NCBI GenBank assembly: GCA_026004395.1
Contig: BPJB01000001.1
Location: 455,343 to 519,342, forward strand
Origin: Patescibacteria group bacterium
GTDB taxonomy: Bacteria; Patescibacteriota; Microgenomatia; Levybacterales; UBA12049
Direction of reading: 5' to 3'
DNA: 64,000 nucleotides
The notes beneath the pieces are model-generated. The model did not search any database, was not told where the DNA came from, and saw nothing but the letters and a program-made list of their open reading frames with translations. The position numbers were made by a program, and so were the translations under genes. Shown here in pieces: positions 9,966 through 22,637 of the stretch; within the stretch, counting starts at the first letter, position 1; each line of letters opens with the position of its first letter.

Positions 9966-11044
9966 GATCACGAAGTCTACTCAATATTGATTGGTGGTTA
10001 ATTCTACCTGTTTTTATCCTTCTTATAATTGGGTTAACAACTATTTTTTCTTTAAATAGTGCACTTTTTGCTAATCAACTTTTTTCCTTAGGGATAAGCC
10101 TTGCTACATTTATAGTATTTGCTAATCTACGCTATGAGTTCTTCAAACAATTTGCACTCCCTATCTATGTAGTCTCTGTTGTTCTTCTTTCAATTGTTTT
10201 CATTATTGGATTTGAAAGCAGGGGAGCAGTACGTTGGATTAATGTCTTCGGATTTCCTATACAATTCTCTGAAGTACTTAAACCATTTCTTGCTATTGCA
10301 TTGGCTTCTTTTTTGGCTACACAAAATAATACATCTCTTAGAGCTTTTATAATTTCATCTATTCTACTTTTGCCAATCTTCTTTCTTATTGCTTTACAGC
10401 CGGATTTGGGAAATGCGCTTATTTATGTAACTGTATTTTTATTTGTGTTATTAGTGTATGGATTCCCTTTTCGCTTCTTTATTATCTCTGCGATTCCTTT
10501 TCTAATAGCATCTCCTTTTATTTGGCATTCTCTTCGAGGATATCAGAAACAAAGAATTCTAACTTTTATTAACCCAACATCTGATCCTCTCGGAACATCA
10601 TACAACGTGGTACAGGCTATGATAGCAGTTGGATCTGGAATGTTTTTAGGAAAAGGCATATCGCAAGGAACTCAATCTGGATTGAGGTTTCTCCCCGAGC
10701 GTCATACTGATTTTATTTTTGCAACACTTTCTGAGGAAATGGGATTTGCAGGATCATTGATAGTTATTCTTTGTTTTATTTTTCTGTGTTTTCGGATCTA
10801 TAAAATTGTTAATTCTAGTGACGACCTCTTTACACGTATTTTTGCAACAGCGGCATTTGGATTTATTTTAGTTCACTTTTTCGTTAATATTGGAATGAAT
10901 ATTGGTCTAGTACCTATTGTTGGCGTTACACTACCATTTGTTTCTTATGGAGGAAGTTCGCTTCTTTCCAATTTTATTTTATTGGGGATTCTTTCATCAA
11001 TGAGTACTAACTTGAACAAAAGAAACGTGCTGGAAATCAGATAA
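9962..11044 (+). CDS. rodA: SEDS-family peptidoglycan glycosyltransferase RodA/FtsW
   Basis: GAVRWI, QFSEVLK, LQPDLG, FLPERHTDFIF, LPFVSYGGSS. Confidence 0.88.
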   Translation: MRSRSLLNIDWWLILPVFILLIIGLTTIFSLNSALFANQLFSLGISLATFIVFANLRYEFFKQFALPIYVVSVVLLSIVFIIGFESRGAVRWINVFGFPIQFSEVLKPFLAIALASFLATQNNTSLRAFIISSILLLPIFFLIALQPDLGNALIYVTVFLFVLLVYGFPFRFFIISAIPFLIASPFIWHSLRGYQKQRILTFINPTSDPLGTSYNVVQAMIAVGSGMFLGKGISQGTQSGLRFLPERHTDFIFATLSEEMGFAGSLIVILCFIFLCFRIYKIVNSSDDLFTRIFATAAFGFILVHFFVNIGMNIGLVPIVGVTLPFVSYGGSSLLSNFILLGILSSMSTNLNKRNVLEIR

Positions 11045-11072
11045 TCTATTTGGTATAATCATTTTCGTTCAT

Positions 11073-11474
11073 ATGAAATACGCAGTTATCAAGACAGGCG
11101 GAAAACAATACAAAGTTGCAGAAGGAGATATAATCGAAGTTGAAAGACTCCAAACTTCTCCGAATAACAATGTTACATTTTCAGATGTACTTTTATATAA
11201 AGACAATGAGAATGTGATGTTTGGTCAACCTACTGTTGAAGGTATATCTGTAATTGGTAAAGTTCTTGATCATATTAGAGGTGAAAAAATAAGAGTTGCT
11301 ACCTTTAAGTCAAAAGTGCGTTATAGAAGGGTGAAAGGGCATAGACAAGAATTGAGCAAAATAAAGATAGAGTCAATAGTTAGTAGTGATAAACTTCTAA
11401 ATAAAAAAACAGAGAATAGTACTAAAAAAGATGAAGCTAAACCTACAAAAAAGACAACTAGAAAAAATACTTAA
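11073..11474 (+). CDS. rplU: 50S ribosomal protein L21
   Basis: MKYAVIKTGGKQYKV and GHRQ motifs; Lys/Thr-rich C-terminal tail. Confidence 0.97.
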   Translation: MKYAVIKTGGKQYKVAEGDIIEVERLQTSPNNNVTFSDVLLYKDNENVMFGQPTVEGISVIGKVLDHIRGEKIRVATFKSKVRYRRVKGHRQELSKIKIESIVSSDKLLNKKTENSTKKDEAKPTKKTTRKNT

Positions 11475-11481
11475 ATAATCC

Positions 11482-11510
11482 TTGACATTTGTGAAAACTA
11501 TGTTTATGAT
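11482..11510 (+). promoter_or_regulatory. Sigma70 promoter for rpmA-parB
   Basis: TTGACA-17nt-TATGAT; SD AAGGGAGG before the rpmA ATG. Confidence 0.7.
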
Positions 11511-11547
11511 AAAGGTGTTTTCACAGTAAAAAGGGAGGAAAATTACA

Positions 11548-11799
11548 ATGGCACACACAAAAGCACAAGGAGCAGTTAAAGGCAATAGAGATTCTATAGC
11601 AAAGCGTTTAGGCGTGAAAGTCTATGCTGGTGGTAAAGTCCAACCCGGAAATATCATCGTCAGACAAAAAGGTACTAAATTTTTTGCAGGTAATGGCGTA
11701 TCTATGGGTAAAGACTATACTCTTTTTGCTATTACAGAAGGAACAGTATCTTTTAAACAAAGACAAGGCAAAAAAATAGTTGAGGTAATCAATGGATAA
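11548..11799 (+). CDS. rpmA: 50S ribosomal protein L27
   Basis: [39 protein letters not shown]. Confidence 0.98.
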   Translation: MAHTKAQGAVKGNRDSIAKRLGVKVYAGGKVQPGNIIVRQKGTKFFAGNGVSMGKDYTLFAITEGTVSFKQRQGKKIVEVING

Positions 11800-12673
11800 T
11801 ACAAAAGGTGTAATAACCGAGCTTGATACAAATCAGCTACAATCAAATCCACTTCAGCCTCGTGGAGTTATACTCCAAGATTCTCTTACTGATTTAGTTG
11901 AATCAATTCGAGAACAAGGAATTTTAGAGCCAATAGTAGTTGCTAAGACGCCAGCAGGTTATCAAATAATTGCTGGAGAGCGAAGATGGAGAGCAGCTAA
12001 AATTCTTGGATTGCCTAAGGTCCCTGTAGTAATTAAAGAGACAACCCCTCAAGGTATGTTGGAGATGTCTATTGTTGAAAATGTGCAAAGAGAGGATCTT
12101 AATCCTATTGAACGAGCTTTAGCATATAAGAGACTTATTGACGAGTTTGGATTGGGTACAAATGAAGTAGCCAAAAGAGTCGGTAAAAGTGCACCAACGA
12201 TCTCTAATACAATTAGGCTTTTATCACTTCCTGATGCAATAAAGGATGCACTAGTAGCAGGAGTAATTACTGAAGGACATGTACGACCTCTTATATCTTT
12301 GGGTGATCCAAAGTTAATGCTTGATTTATTTAAGAAAATCTTACGAGATAATTGTACAGTTAGACAGACAGAGGAGCTTGCGCGCAAAATAAAGGGTGAG
12401 GTACAGAAAAGAGAGCCTTCGAGCAAAAAAGATCAGCTTTGGGTACCTGAGCAAGATGCAATGGCAAAGCAAATACAAGAGAGGTATCATTTTGATGATG
12501 TTAAAATATTTCAGTCCAGCAAACTTGCTCGTATGACATTGGTCATAAAAGGCGATGTAGATGTTACGACCAAAAAGATCAAAAAAATTCATGAAATTCT
12601 AATGTCTCATTTTGATGAAGATGATAAAAATGAAGAGCAAATGGAATCCTCTAATGATATGATATCTCAATAA
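11792..12673 (+). CDS. parB: Chromosome partitioning protein ParB/Spo0J
   Basis: [17 protein letters not shown] arginine patch, [15 protein letters not shown] region. Confidence 0.95.
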   Translation: MDNTKGVITELDTNQLQSNPLQPRGVILQDSLTDLVESIREQGILEPIVVAKTPAGYQIIAGERRWRAAKILGLPKVPVVIKETTPQGMLEMSIVENVQREDLNPIERALAYKRLIDEFGLGTNEVAKRVGKSAPTISNTIRLLSLPDAIKDALVAGVITEGHVRPLISLGDPKLMLDLFKKILRDNCTVRQTEELARKIKGEVQKREPSSKKDQLWVPEQDAMAKQIQERYHFDDVKIFQSSKLARMTLVIKGDVDVTTKKIKKIHEILMSHFDEDDKNEEQMESSNDMISQ

Positions 12674-12753
12674 TTATCATCCCTATTTTTCTTTCTTTGT
12701 TAATCATTAATAATGCATGAAAATAAAATTAGAATTAATACAGTATTAAAATA

Positions 12754-13317
12754 TCAATGAGTATATGGATTTTGTACAGCACGAGCTTGATTTATTGGCC
12801 AATAGACAAAGAATGATTTGCCAATAATGTCTTCTTTTTTAAGAAATCCCCACTCTCTAGAATCAGAACTATATGGCCTATTATCTCCCATTACAAAGAC
12901 ATATCCTTCAGGTACAACTTTTGATTCGCCTTCTTGCAAAAAGGATCCACCATTTGTTTTCACTTCTGGCCGAAGATAACTGCTTTCATTAAGAGGTAAG
13001 CCATTAAGATATACCTTTCCTCCTTTAATACTTATTGTATCTCCTGAAATTGCAATTACTCTCTTAATAAAATCTTTTTCTTTGTCAAGAGGAGATTTGA
13101 AAACTATCACATCTCCCCGTTTTAAATCTCCCAATTTTAGACCAATAATATTTGTAAAAATATATTCGCGATCTTTGAAAGTAGGATACATCGAGTCTCC
13201 ACTAACTTGAAATGGTCTCATTATGAAAAGGTAAATTACTAAGAAAATAGAAGCTGCCAGCAAGAATGTCTGTATTGTATCAACGAAGAATTCATAGATT
13301 TTTTTTATTACTTCCAT
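12754..13317 (-). CDS. lepB: Signal peptidase I
   Basis: One N-terminal TM; SGDSMYPT (Ser), FIKRVI (Lys), GDNRPYSSDSREWG. Confidence 0.96.
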   Translation of the reverse strand: MEVIKKIYEFFVDTIQTFLLAASIFLVIYLFIMRPFQVSGDSMYPTFKDREYIFTNIIGLKLGDLKRGDVIVFKSPLDKEKDFIKRVIAISGDTISIKGGKVYLNGLPLNESSYLRPEVKTNGGSFLQEGESKVVPEGYVFVMGDNRPYSSDSREWGFLKKEDIIGKSFFVYWPINQARAVQNPYTH

Positions 13318-13323
13318 CAGTTA

Positions 13324-13352
13324 ATTATTGGCTATTTATACCTAATTGTCAA
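13324..13352 (-). promoter_or_regulatory. Putative leaderless promoter for lepB
   Basis: TTGACA-17nt-AATAAT-6nt-ATG. Confidence 0.6.
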
Positions 13353-13440
13353 TGAGATTTGTTTTTGCTAAGATTTAATCTATCAAAATTTTATACTGAT
13401 TTTAATACTCATTTTTTATTTAAATAAAAGATCTAATTTT

Positions 13441-13513
13441 GGACCCTTAGCTCAGTTGGTAGAGCGTTGCATTCACATTGCAAAGGTCAGAAGTTCGATC
13501 CTTCTAGGGTCCA
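13441..13513 (+). tRNA. tRNA-Val (anticodon CAC), CCA not encoded
   Basis: Acceptor GGACCCT/AGGGTCC, D arm GCTC/GAGC, anticodon arm TTGCA-TTCACAT-TGCAA, T loop TTCGATC. Confidence 0.95.
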
Positions 13514-13535
13514 CAAATTGAATTTATAAGATTTT

Positions 13536-14216
13536 TTAACAGTCAGGACCATCCATATTCTCTGCCTCTTGGTAAGGTACTCTACGTGGAGGAATATCCC
13601 ACAATCTATTTAATTTTTCAACAGATAATGTTTCTGGTTCTCCTGTTATTTCATCTAAAGGTGGACTTTGAGCTTCAAATCTCCATAATTCCTCGTATAT
13701 TGTTGCACTTAATTTAGAGTAAAAAGGCATGAATCCATCATAGACTCCTTTAAGATATGCTTTTCTAAGAAATTTGTCTTCTGTTTTCATACATTCACTT
13801 ATGACTTGTTCGTATATTGCAGGTATTGATTCTGATAATGTTTGGATAAAAGATGCGAACATAGTATCTTCTTGAGGTTGTATAGGATTCCATCCATTTT
13901 GATAATTGACTATTGACTGAAATACATCTTGTGAGTTTCTTTTATGGATCAGTATATCTTCATACGTGAAGTTAATATATATACCACGATCTTCCAAAAA
14001 TTTTGTAATATGCGCATATGTATTATATGCAGTATTTTTGTATATCTGTCCATATTTACCACGTGAATTTTCTTGAATATAAATATATAAGTGAGGATTT
14101 TTATCTTTAATAATTTTTTCCAAATTCCTATTTTTAAAGGAATTATGTTCACTAGCTATTTGTAGAGATTTATCAATGTGTCTTGACTGGATATGAAATC
14201 GCGGTTTCTCTAACAT
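13536..14216 (-). CDS. Hypothetical protein
   Basis: 226-aa ORF with no recognised motif; TATTAT 7 nt before the ATG. Confidence 0.65.
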   Translation of the reverse strand: MLEKPRFHIQSRHIDKSLQIASEHNSFKNRNLEKIIKDKNPHLYIYIQENSRGKYGQIYKNTAYNTYAHITKFLEDRGIYINFTYEDILIHKRNSQDVFQSIVNYQNGWNPIQPQEDTMFASFIQTLSESIPAIYEQVISECMKTEDKFLRKAYLKGVYDGFMPFYSKLSATIYEELWRFEAQSPPLDEITGEPETLSVEKLNRLWDIPPRRVPYQEAENMDGPDC

Positions 14217-14324
14217 AGTATATATAATAGCTGATTATTGTAGCATCTCTAAAAATGATGAGCAAGTTAATTATAATTAAGTAAAATACAAAATTTGATC
14301 AAAATTTACTAAGGAATTTATAAT

Positions 14325-16136
14325 TTATAATGAAGACTTTAAATAAGTAAGATCCTGCATTAGGATATCAAATACTGATTGTTTTATAAGGATACCTTTG
14401 TTTGCTTTTAAAAGCACTATTGCAGTTTGCAGTTTTATTTGCGCACTAATCTTGTTATTTGATTGGATATCTTTTTGAGCATTTGATAATATTCTTTTTA
14501 ATTGATTACCTAAGATCATATTGAGTTGTTTAAGGGATATGGCTTCATTGATATCTGCAATGACTGTTTGAAATGTAATGATTCTGTTTACTTGTGATTG
14601 ATTTTCATTATCTTTATCAAATTTGATTGTAATAATTTCAGGATTATTTTTGCTAATCAAAATTTGCTGTCTTGATGTTGCAACATCTCCCAATGATGAA
14701 TAAAGATAAAGATCCACTACATTTTTTTGGGTAGAATCAGATGTTATTTCCATATGATATATTCCAGAGGATGGTTTTTTAAGGTAAATTATTTTTAACG
14801 GGTCGCCAGATTTTTCTTCTGAGTTAGTTTCGTTTTCGAGTGGTAATTGACTAAAAGATTCACTTAAAATATTCTCAAGATTATCTTTCAATTTGATGTG
14901 TAAATTTTGGTCATTTATAGCCATAATATAAGAAAGATCTGTATTAGAGGGAATATATCTTCCAAGAGAAATAAAGTTATTATGATAACCATCGCTAAGA
15001 CGTTCTCGATTATAAAAAGGATCGTTAATTAAAAATGTATTGTCCTCAATACCTTTAGCTACAACAAAATGTCCAGGCACTTCGAGAATTCCGGGTCGGT
15101 CATCATTTAGATCATTAATTAATTGTTGTCTTTTATTTTCACCTGAATTACGATCATATTCTAGTGCATCGAAAGAAAAATCTGGATTATTTCCGCTCTC
15201 TTTTGCAAGTCGTGAAAATCTTGAAATTGCAAGCCAATTAACAAGACCATTACCGATATATCCATCTGGCTGAGATCTAAGCCAATTATTCAATGTTCCA
15301 GGATCGAGTCTGGTACCATAAGGAGTTTTATCAATTCCATAGTACTGAAGAATCATTGCAGCTGATGTGAGAGCACATCCCCAAGAATAAATTGTTGGAG
15401 AAGAAGGACTCCATTTATTTGCAGAATCATAAACCATTGATTGCCAAGGCTCACTTGTTTGCTTCAAAAGTGGAACATCCAAATTAGGCTCATTATCAAT
15501 ACTAGTAACAACTATGTTGTCAAAATGTGTTTCTAATTCTCCTCCTCCTGGAGCAGCTTGTGGAGCAATCCTTCCTGTAGGAAAGTTAGCATTTACATGA
15601 GGATTGTCAATAATTAAAATTGGAGGATTTTTTCCTCTATATACAGAGACATGTCTTCCATTAATAATTAATTTAAAATGGATTGTTTGACCATTTGAGT
15701 AATCACCATAATGCACGCTGCCTGAGCTATCTAGTATTAATCTTCCTGGAGTTTGTATATGGAAATCGTACCAATGTTCAGGATCTGTATATCTAAAAGC
15801 TATTGTGTGGTCTGCTCCTGTAACAAGCGTCATATCAAATTCTACAATGTAGTTATCTCCTATCCCATTCCATAAATCATCATCTGGCATTATTTCAGTG
15901 AAACAACGACCTCCGTTAGTTTTTATAACTAATTTTCCATTTATGACTCTCCATACGGCAGGGTTTCCGTTATATAAACATTGATTTCTTGTTACAATCC
16001 ATCCATTTAAATCACCATCATCAAAGTTTTCATATAAAACTTTATGTGATGCATAAGAGATAAAAAATAAAGGGAAAATAAAGCTTGTAATGAAGAGAAG
16101 AATAAAACTGTAAAAGATACTATTCATTATTAACAC
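14325..16136 (-). CDS. Secreted multidomain protein: ConA/DUF1080-like beta-sandwich + C39-like cysteine peptidase + helical C-terminal domain
   Basis: Hydrophobic N-terminus; LYENFDDG..W to FDNIVV lectin-like module; LDVPLLKQ, WGCALTSAAMIL (Cys), GHFVV (His), INDP (Asp). Confidence 0.78.
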   Translation of the reverse strand: MLIMNSIFYSFILLFITSFIFPLFFISYASHKVLYENFDDGDLNGWIVTRNQCLYNGNPAVWRVINGKLVIKTNGGRCFTEIMPDDDLWNGIGDNYIVEFDMTLVTGADHTIAFRYTDPEHWYDFHIQTPGRLILDSSGSVHYGDYSNGQTIHFKLIINGRHVSVYRGKNPPILIIDNPHVNANFPTGRIAPQAAPGGGELETHFDNIVVTSIDNEPNLDVPLLKQTSEPWQSMVYDSANKWSPSSPTIYSWGCALTSAAMILQYYGIDKTPYGTRLDPGTLNNWLRSQPDGYIGNGLVNWLAISRFSRLAKESGNNPDFSFDALEYDRNSGENKRQQLINDLNDDRPGILEVPGHFVVAKGIEDNTFLINDPFYNRERLSDGYHNNFISLGRYIPSNTDLSYIMAINDQNLHIKLKDNLENILSESFSQLPLENETNSEEKSGDPLKIIYLKKPSSGIYHMEITSDSTQKNVVDLYLYSSLGDVATSRQQILISKNNPEIITIKFDKDNENQSQVNRIITFQTVIADINEAISLKQLNMILGNQLKRILSNAQKDIQSNNKISAQIKLQTAIVLLKANKGILIKQSVFDILMQDLTYLKSSL

Positions 16137-16410
16137 TAATTTTAGGGTATTAAAATATAATTTAAATTGTCAAGATGAAATTGTAATAGCAAATCACAAA
16201 TTCACACTTGAGTTCATACTTGAGCCGATATTTGTGATTTTATTGTAGAATTTTGATTCTATGCAGATCTAGACAAAATTATTTCACTATTATTTATTTT
16301 GAATAATATAAACTAGTTTAGCAAAATATATTTTATGAGAGAGCTTTGTTACTTGAGTATATAGTGATGAGAGGATAAAGGTCAGAAATAAAATATGAAA
16401 TAGATAGTTT

Positions 16411-16845
16411 CTATATTTCAGAATGGGGGAGGGTGGTTACTTTTCTTCGTCTTTTGGCTATTCGCAGTTCTAACAACGCTCTTCTTAAATCAGCTTGCGC
16501 AATTGCAAAATCCTTTTCACTGATTTCTTCTCTCTTTCTCTTGAGAATTTCCTCAGCTCTTCTTTGAGCTTCTAATGCTTTTTGGGTATCAATTTCTTCT
16601 GAACGGATTGCATAATCTGCAAGAACAGTTATTAAATCATTTTGTACTTGCAAAAAACCTCCAGTAACAGCAAGATGCTGTTCTCTACCTTTAATTTTAA
16701 TTGTCATTTCACCTTCTTTTAATTGTGTAATAAGGTTAATATGATGCGGAAGAATGGCAATTTCTCCTGTAACTGTTGGAGCAATTAGCTCATCAATTTG
16801 ATCATCATAGATTACTTTTTCTGGGGTAACAATTTTTAGATGCAT
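16411..16845 (-). CDS. atpC: ATP synthase F1 epsilon subunit
   Basis: LKIVTPEK, GEIAILPHH, VTGGFLQV; last gene of the atp operon. Confidence 0.96.
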   Translation of the reverse strand: MHLKIVTPEKVIYDDQIDELIAPTVTGEIAILPHHINLITQLKEGEMTIKIKGREQHLAVTGGFLQVQNDLITVLADYAIRSEEIDTQKALEAQRRAEEILKRKREEISEKDFAIAQADLRRALLELRIAKRRRKVTTLPHSEI

Positions 16846-16856
16846 ACTCTTAGAAG

Positions 16857-19131
<2,275 letters not shown>

Positions 19132-19185
19132 AGTTAATATTTTCCTAACTATATGTTATAGATATCTATTTTGGATACTTACTAG

Positions 19186-20709
19186 CTAGATACTAAATCC
19201 TTTCTTAAATTCTTCTATCATTTTATCTACCTCTTTTAGATCTTCTTCTTTTAATTTTTCACCTGTTGCAAGTCTAGTTAGGATTTTGGTATATTTTTTA
19301 CCCTTAGCAAACTCATGTAGCTCTTGTTCAAAACGTGAAACTGACTCAACAGGTATATCATCAACATGTCCACGAGTGACAGCAATGATGCTGAGTATCT
19401 CTAGTTCTTCGGGAAGGGGTTTATATTGAGGCTGTTTAAAAATTTCTGTGGTTCTTTTACCTCTCTCAAGTTGTCTAGCAGTTGCTGGGTCAAGTTCAGA
19501 TCCAAATTGTGCAAAGGCTGCCAGCTCTCTATACTGAGCGAGTTCAAGTTTCATTTTACCAGCAACAGATTTCATGGCTCCTGTTTGTGCAGCACTACCT
19601 ACGCGAGATACAGATATTCCAACATTTATTGCCGGACGGATACCAGCATTGAAAAGATCTGATTCAACAAAAATTTGACCATCGGTAATAGAAATAACAT
19701 TGGTTGGAATATATGCAGATATATCGCCTGCTTGTGTTTCAATAATAGGAAGCGCTGTTATTGATCCTCCTCCGTGTTTTTTGTTAAGTTTTACTGCTCT
19801 CTCAAGTAATCTGCTATGAAGATAGAATATATCTCCTGGATATGCTTCGCGTCCAGCTGGTCTTCCCAAAACTAGCGATATCTGCCTATATGCCCATGCC
19901 TGCTTCGTCAAATCATCATAAACTACAAGAACATCTCCACCTTTTTCCAAAAAATATTCAGCAATTGCAGTACCAGCATATGGAGCAAGATATTGGAGAG
20001 ATGCAGGATCAGCAGCATCAGCAGCAACAACAATAGTATTCTCCATAGCTTCCTCTTCTTTAAGTTTTCCTATTATTTGAGCTATAGTACTTTGTTTTTG
20101 TCCAATAGCCACATAGACACAGATTACAGGTTTTTGGCCTTTTTGGACATTTTTTTGGTTAATAATTGTGTCTATTGCTATTGCTGTTTTTCCCAATCCA
20201 CGATCTCCAATAATCAACTCTCTTTGTCCGCGTCCAATAGGTATCATCGCGTCAATTGCTTTGATGCCTGTTTTAAGTGGTGTATCAACAGGCTCTCTCT
20301 CAATTACACCAGCTGCAATTCTTTCAAGAGGCATGAGTTTCCCATTTTTGATTGCTGGACGACCATCAAGTGGTATGCCAAGAGGATTGACAACTCTTCC
20401 TAGCAATTCTTCTGATACTCTGATACCTAAAAGTTCACCTGTAGTTTTTACGGTATCTCCTTCTTTGATATCAGTTGCTTGATCAAGAAGGATTATAGAT
20501 ACTTTATCTTCATCAAGATCAAATACAACACCTGAGATATTATTTTTGAATAGAACTTTTTCTCCCATGACAGCACGTGAGAGACCAGATGCTACTACGA
20601 CGCCATCATGGTTTATCTCTACTGTCCCAATGTTCTGCATTTTTGCGTCATAGGTAAATCCTTTTACGCGTTTTTCGAGTTGTTTTATGATATCGTTACT
20701 ATCAATCAT
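19186..20709 (-). CDS. atpA: ATP synthase F1 alpha subunit
   Basis: PIGRGQRELIIGDRGLGKT, GREAYPGDIFYLHSRLLERA. Confidence 0.99.
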   Translation of the reverse strand: MIDSNDIIKQLEKRVKGFTYDAKMQNIGTVEINHDGVVVASGLSRAVMGEKVLFKNNISGVVFDLDEDKVSIILLDQATDIKEGDTVKTTGELLGIRVSEELLGRVVNPLGIPLDGRPAIKNGKLMPLERIAAGVIEREPVDTPLKTGIKAIDAMIPIGRGQRELIIGDRGLGKTAIAIDTIINQKNVQKGQKPVICVYVAIGQKQSTIAQIIGKLKEEEAMENTIVVAADAADPASLQYLAPYAGTAIAEYFLEKGGDVLVVYDDLTKQAWAYRQISLVLGRPAGREAYPGDIFYLHSRLLERAVKLNKKHGGGSITALPIIETQAGDISAYIPTNVISITDGQIFVESDLFNAGIRPAINVGISVSRVGSAAQTGAMKSVAGKMKLELAQYRELAAFAQFGSELDPATARQLERGKRTTEIFKQPQYKPLPEELEILSIIAVTRGHVDDIPVESVSRFEQELHEFAKGKKYTKILTRLATGEKLKEEDLKEVDKMIEEFKKGFSI

Positions 20710-21055
20710 ATAGTTCTTCTACGTGTTCTGTAATTTTTTCCAGCGCATCTTTAAGACTCATTTCATAAACATTATCATTTTGATGTATTCTTACTCCCAA
20801 GATAAGTGAAGGGTCAGTATTGATTACTATTTGTTTTCCCGGAAAAAGTTCCTGAATTTTTCCTTTAATATCATTTGTTACTACCGGTACATCAACAATA
20901 ACTTTTTGCTGTTTTTCCCAGTTTTTAAGTCCTTTTATATATAATTGTAGCTCTTTTTTCGTTAAAAGATCAGCTATTCTATTTACTTTCTCTGGATCGA
21001 GTTTACCATTGGTATAGCTTTGAATAACAAGCTGTTGTAAAAATTTTTTATTCAT
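20702..21055 (-). CDS. atpH: ATP synthase delta subunit (short form)
   Basis: Position between atpF and atpA; C-terminal DPSLILGVRI motif; only 117 aa. Confidence 0.85.
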   Translation of the reverse strand: MNKKFLQQLVIQSYTNGKLDPEKVNRIADLLTKKELQLYIKGLKNWEKQQKVIVDVPVVTNDIKGKIQELFPGKQIVINTDPSLILGVRIHQNDNVYEMSLKDALEKITEHVEELYD

Positions 21056-21070
21056 ATTTTATTCTAAGTA

Positions 21071-21574
21071 TTAGTTTATTTTTTTTATCTTTTGTAAAAA
21101 TCGATTTAAGGCAATTTCTTGTTCTTTCTCTGTTAATAACTCTGCAGATACTTTTTGTAAAAATTGTAGAGCAAGAGTGCTAACATGTTGTGATAATCGT
21201 TTTTCAGCTTCTTTTGTTTCTGATGCTATCTGCTCTCTTGCTTCTTCAAGCATCTGTTCAGTTTGCTTTCTTGCTTGTTCCTCAGCCATGGCAATTATTT
21301 CTTGAGATTGTTTTTGAGCATCTTCAAGAAGAATTTTTGCTTCTGCATGGGCTTTTTTCAAAATAGCTTTTTCTTTTTCTGTAGCTTGTTCAAGACGGAT
21401 ACGAGCTTCTTCAGCAGATTTTAAACCCTCCTTGATCGTTTCCTCTCTCTGTTTTAAAACTTGCATGATAGGCTTGAGAGCAAAGCGTTTTACAAGAAAG
21501 AGTATAATCAAGAAATTTACAATCTGTGCTCCCAACAAAACTGGATTAATTCCAAACTGATTCAATATTTCCAT
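21071..21574 (-). CDS. atpF: ATP synthase F0 b subunit
   Basis: AQIVNFLII TM, KPI...R, long coiled coil; ATG at 21574. Confidence 0.95.
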   Translation of the reverse strand: MEILNQFGINPVLLGAQIVNFLIILFLVKRFALKPIMQVLKQREETIKEGLKSAEEARIRLEQATEKEKAILKKAHAEAKILLEDAQKQSQEIIAMAEEQARKQTEQMLEEAREQIASETKEAEKRLSQHVSTLALQFLQKVSAELLTEKEQEIALNRFLQKIKKIN

Positions 21575-21586
21575 ATTAGTCAACTC

Positions 21587-22551
<965 letters not shown>

Positions 22552-22560
22552 AGAGAGTTT

Positions 22561-22590
22561 ATTGTACTGAAGAAAGTATTGAATCGTCAA
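22561..22590 (-). promoter_or_regulatory. Putative atp operon promoter
   Basis: TTGACG-18nt-TACAAT-9nt-ATG. Confidence 0.65.
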
Positions 22591-22637
22591 GCTATTTTAT
22601 TTAATTGAAAAATCGTGTATACTAAAATTTTATAAAT

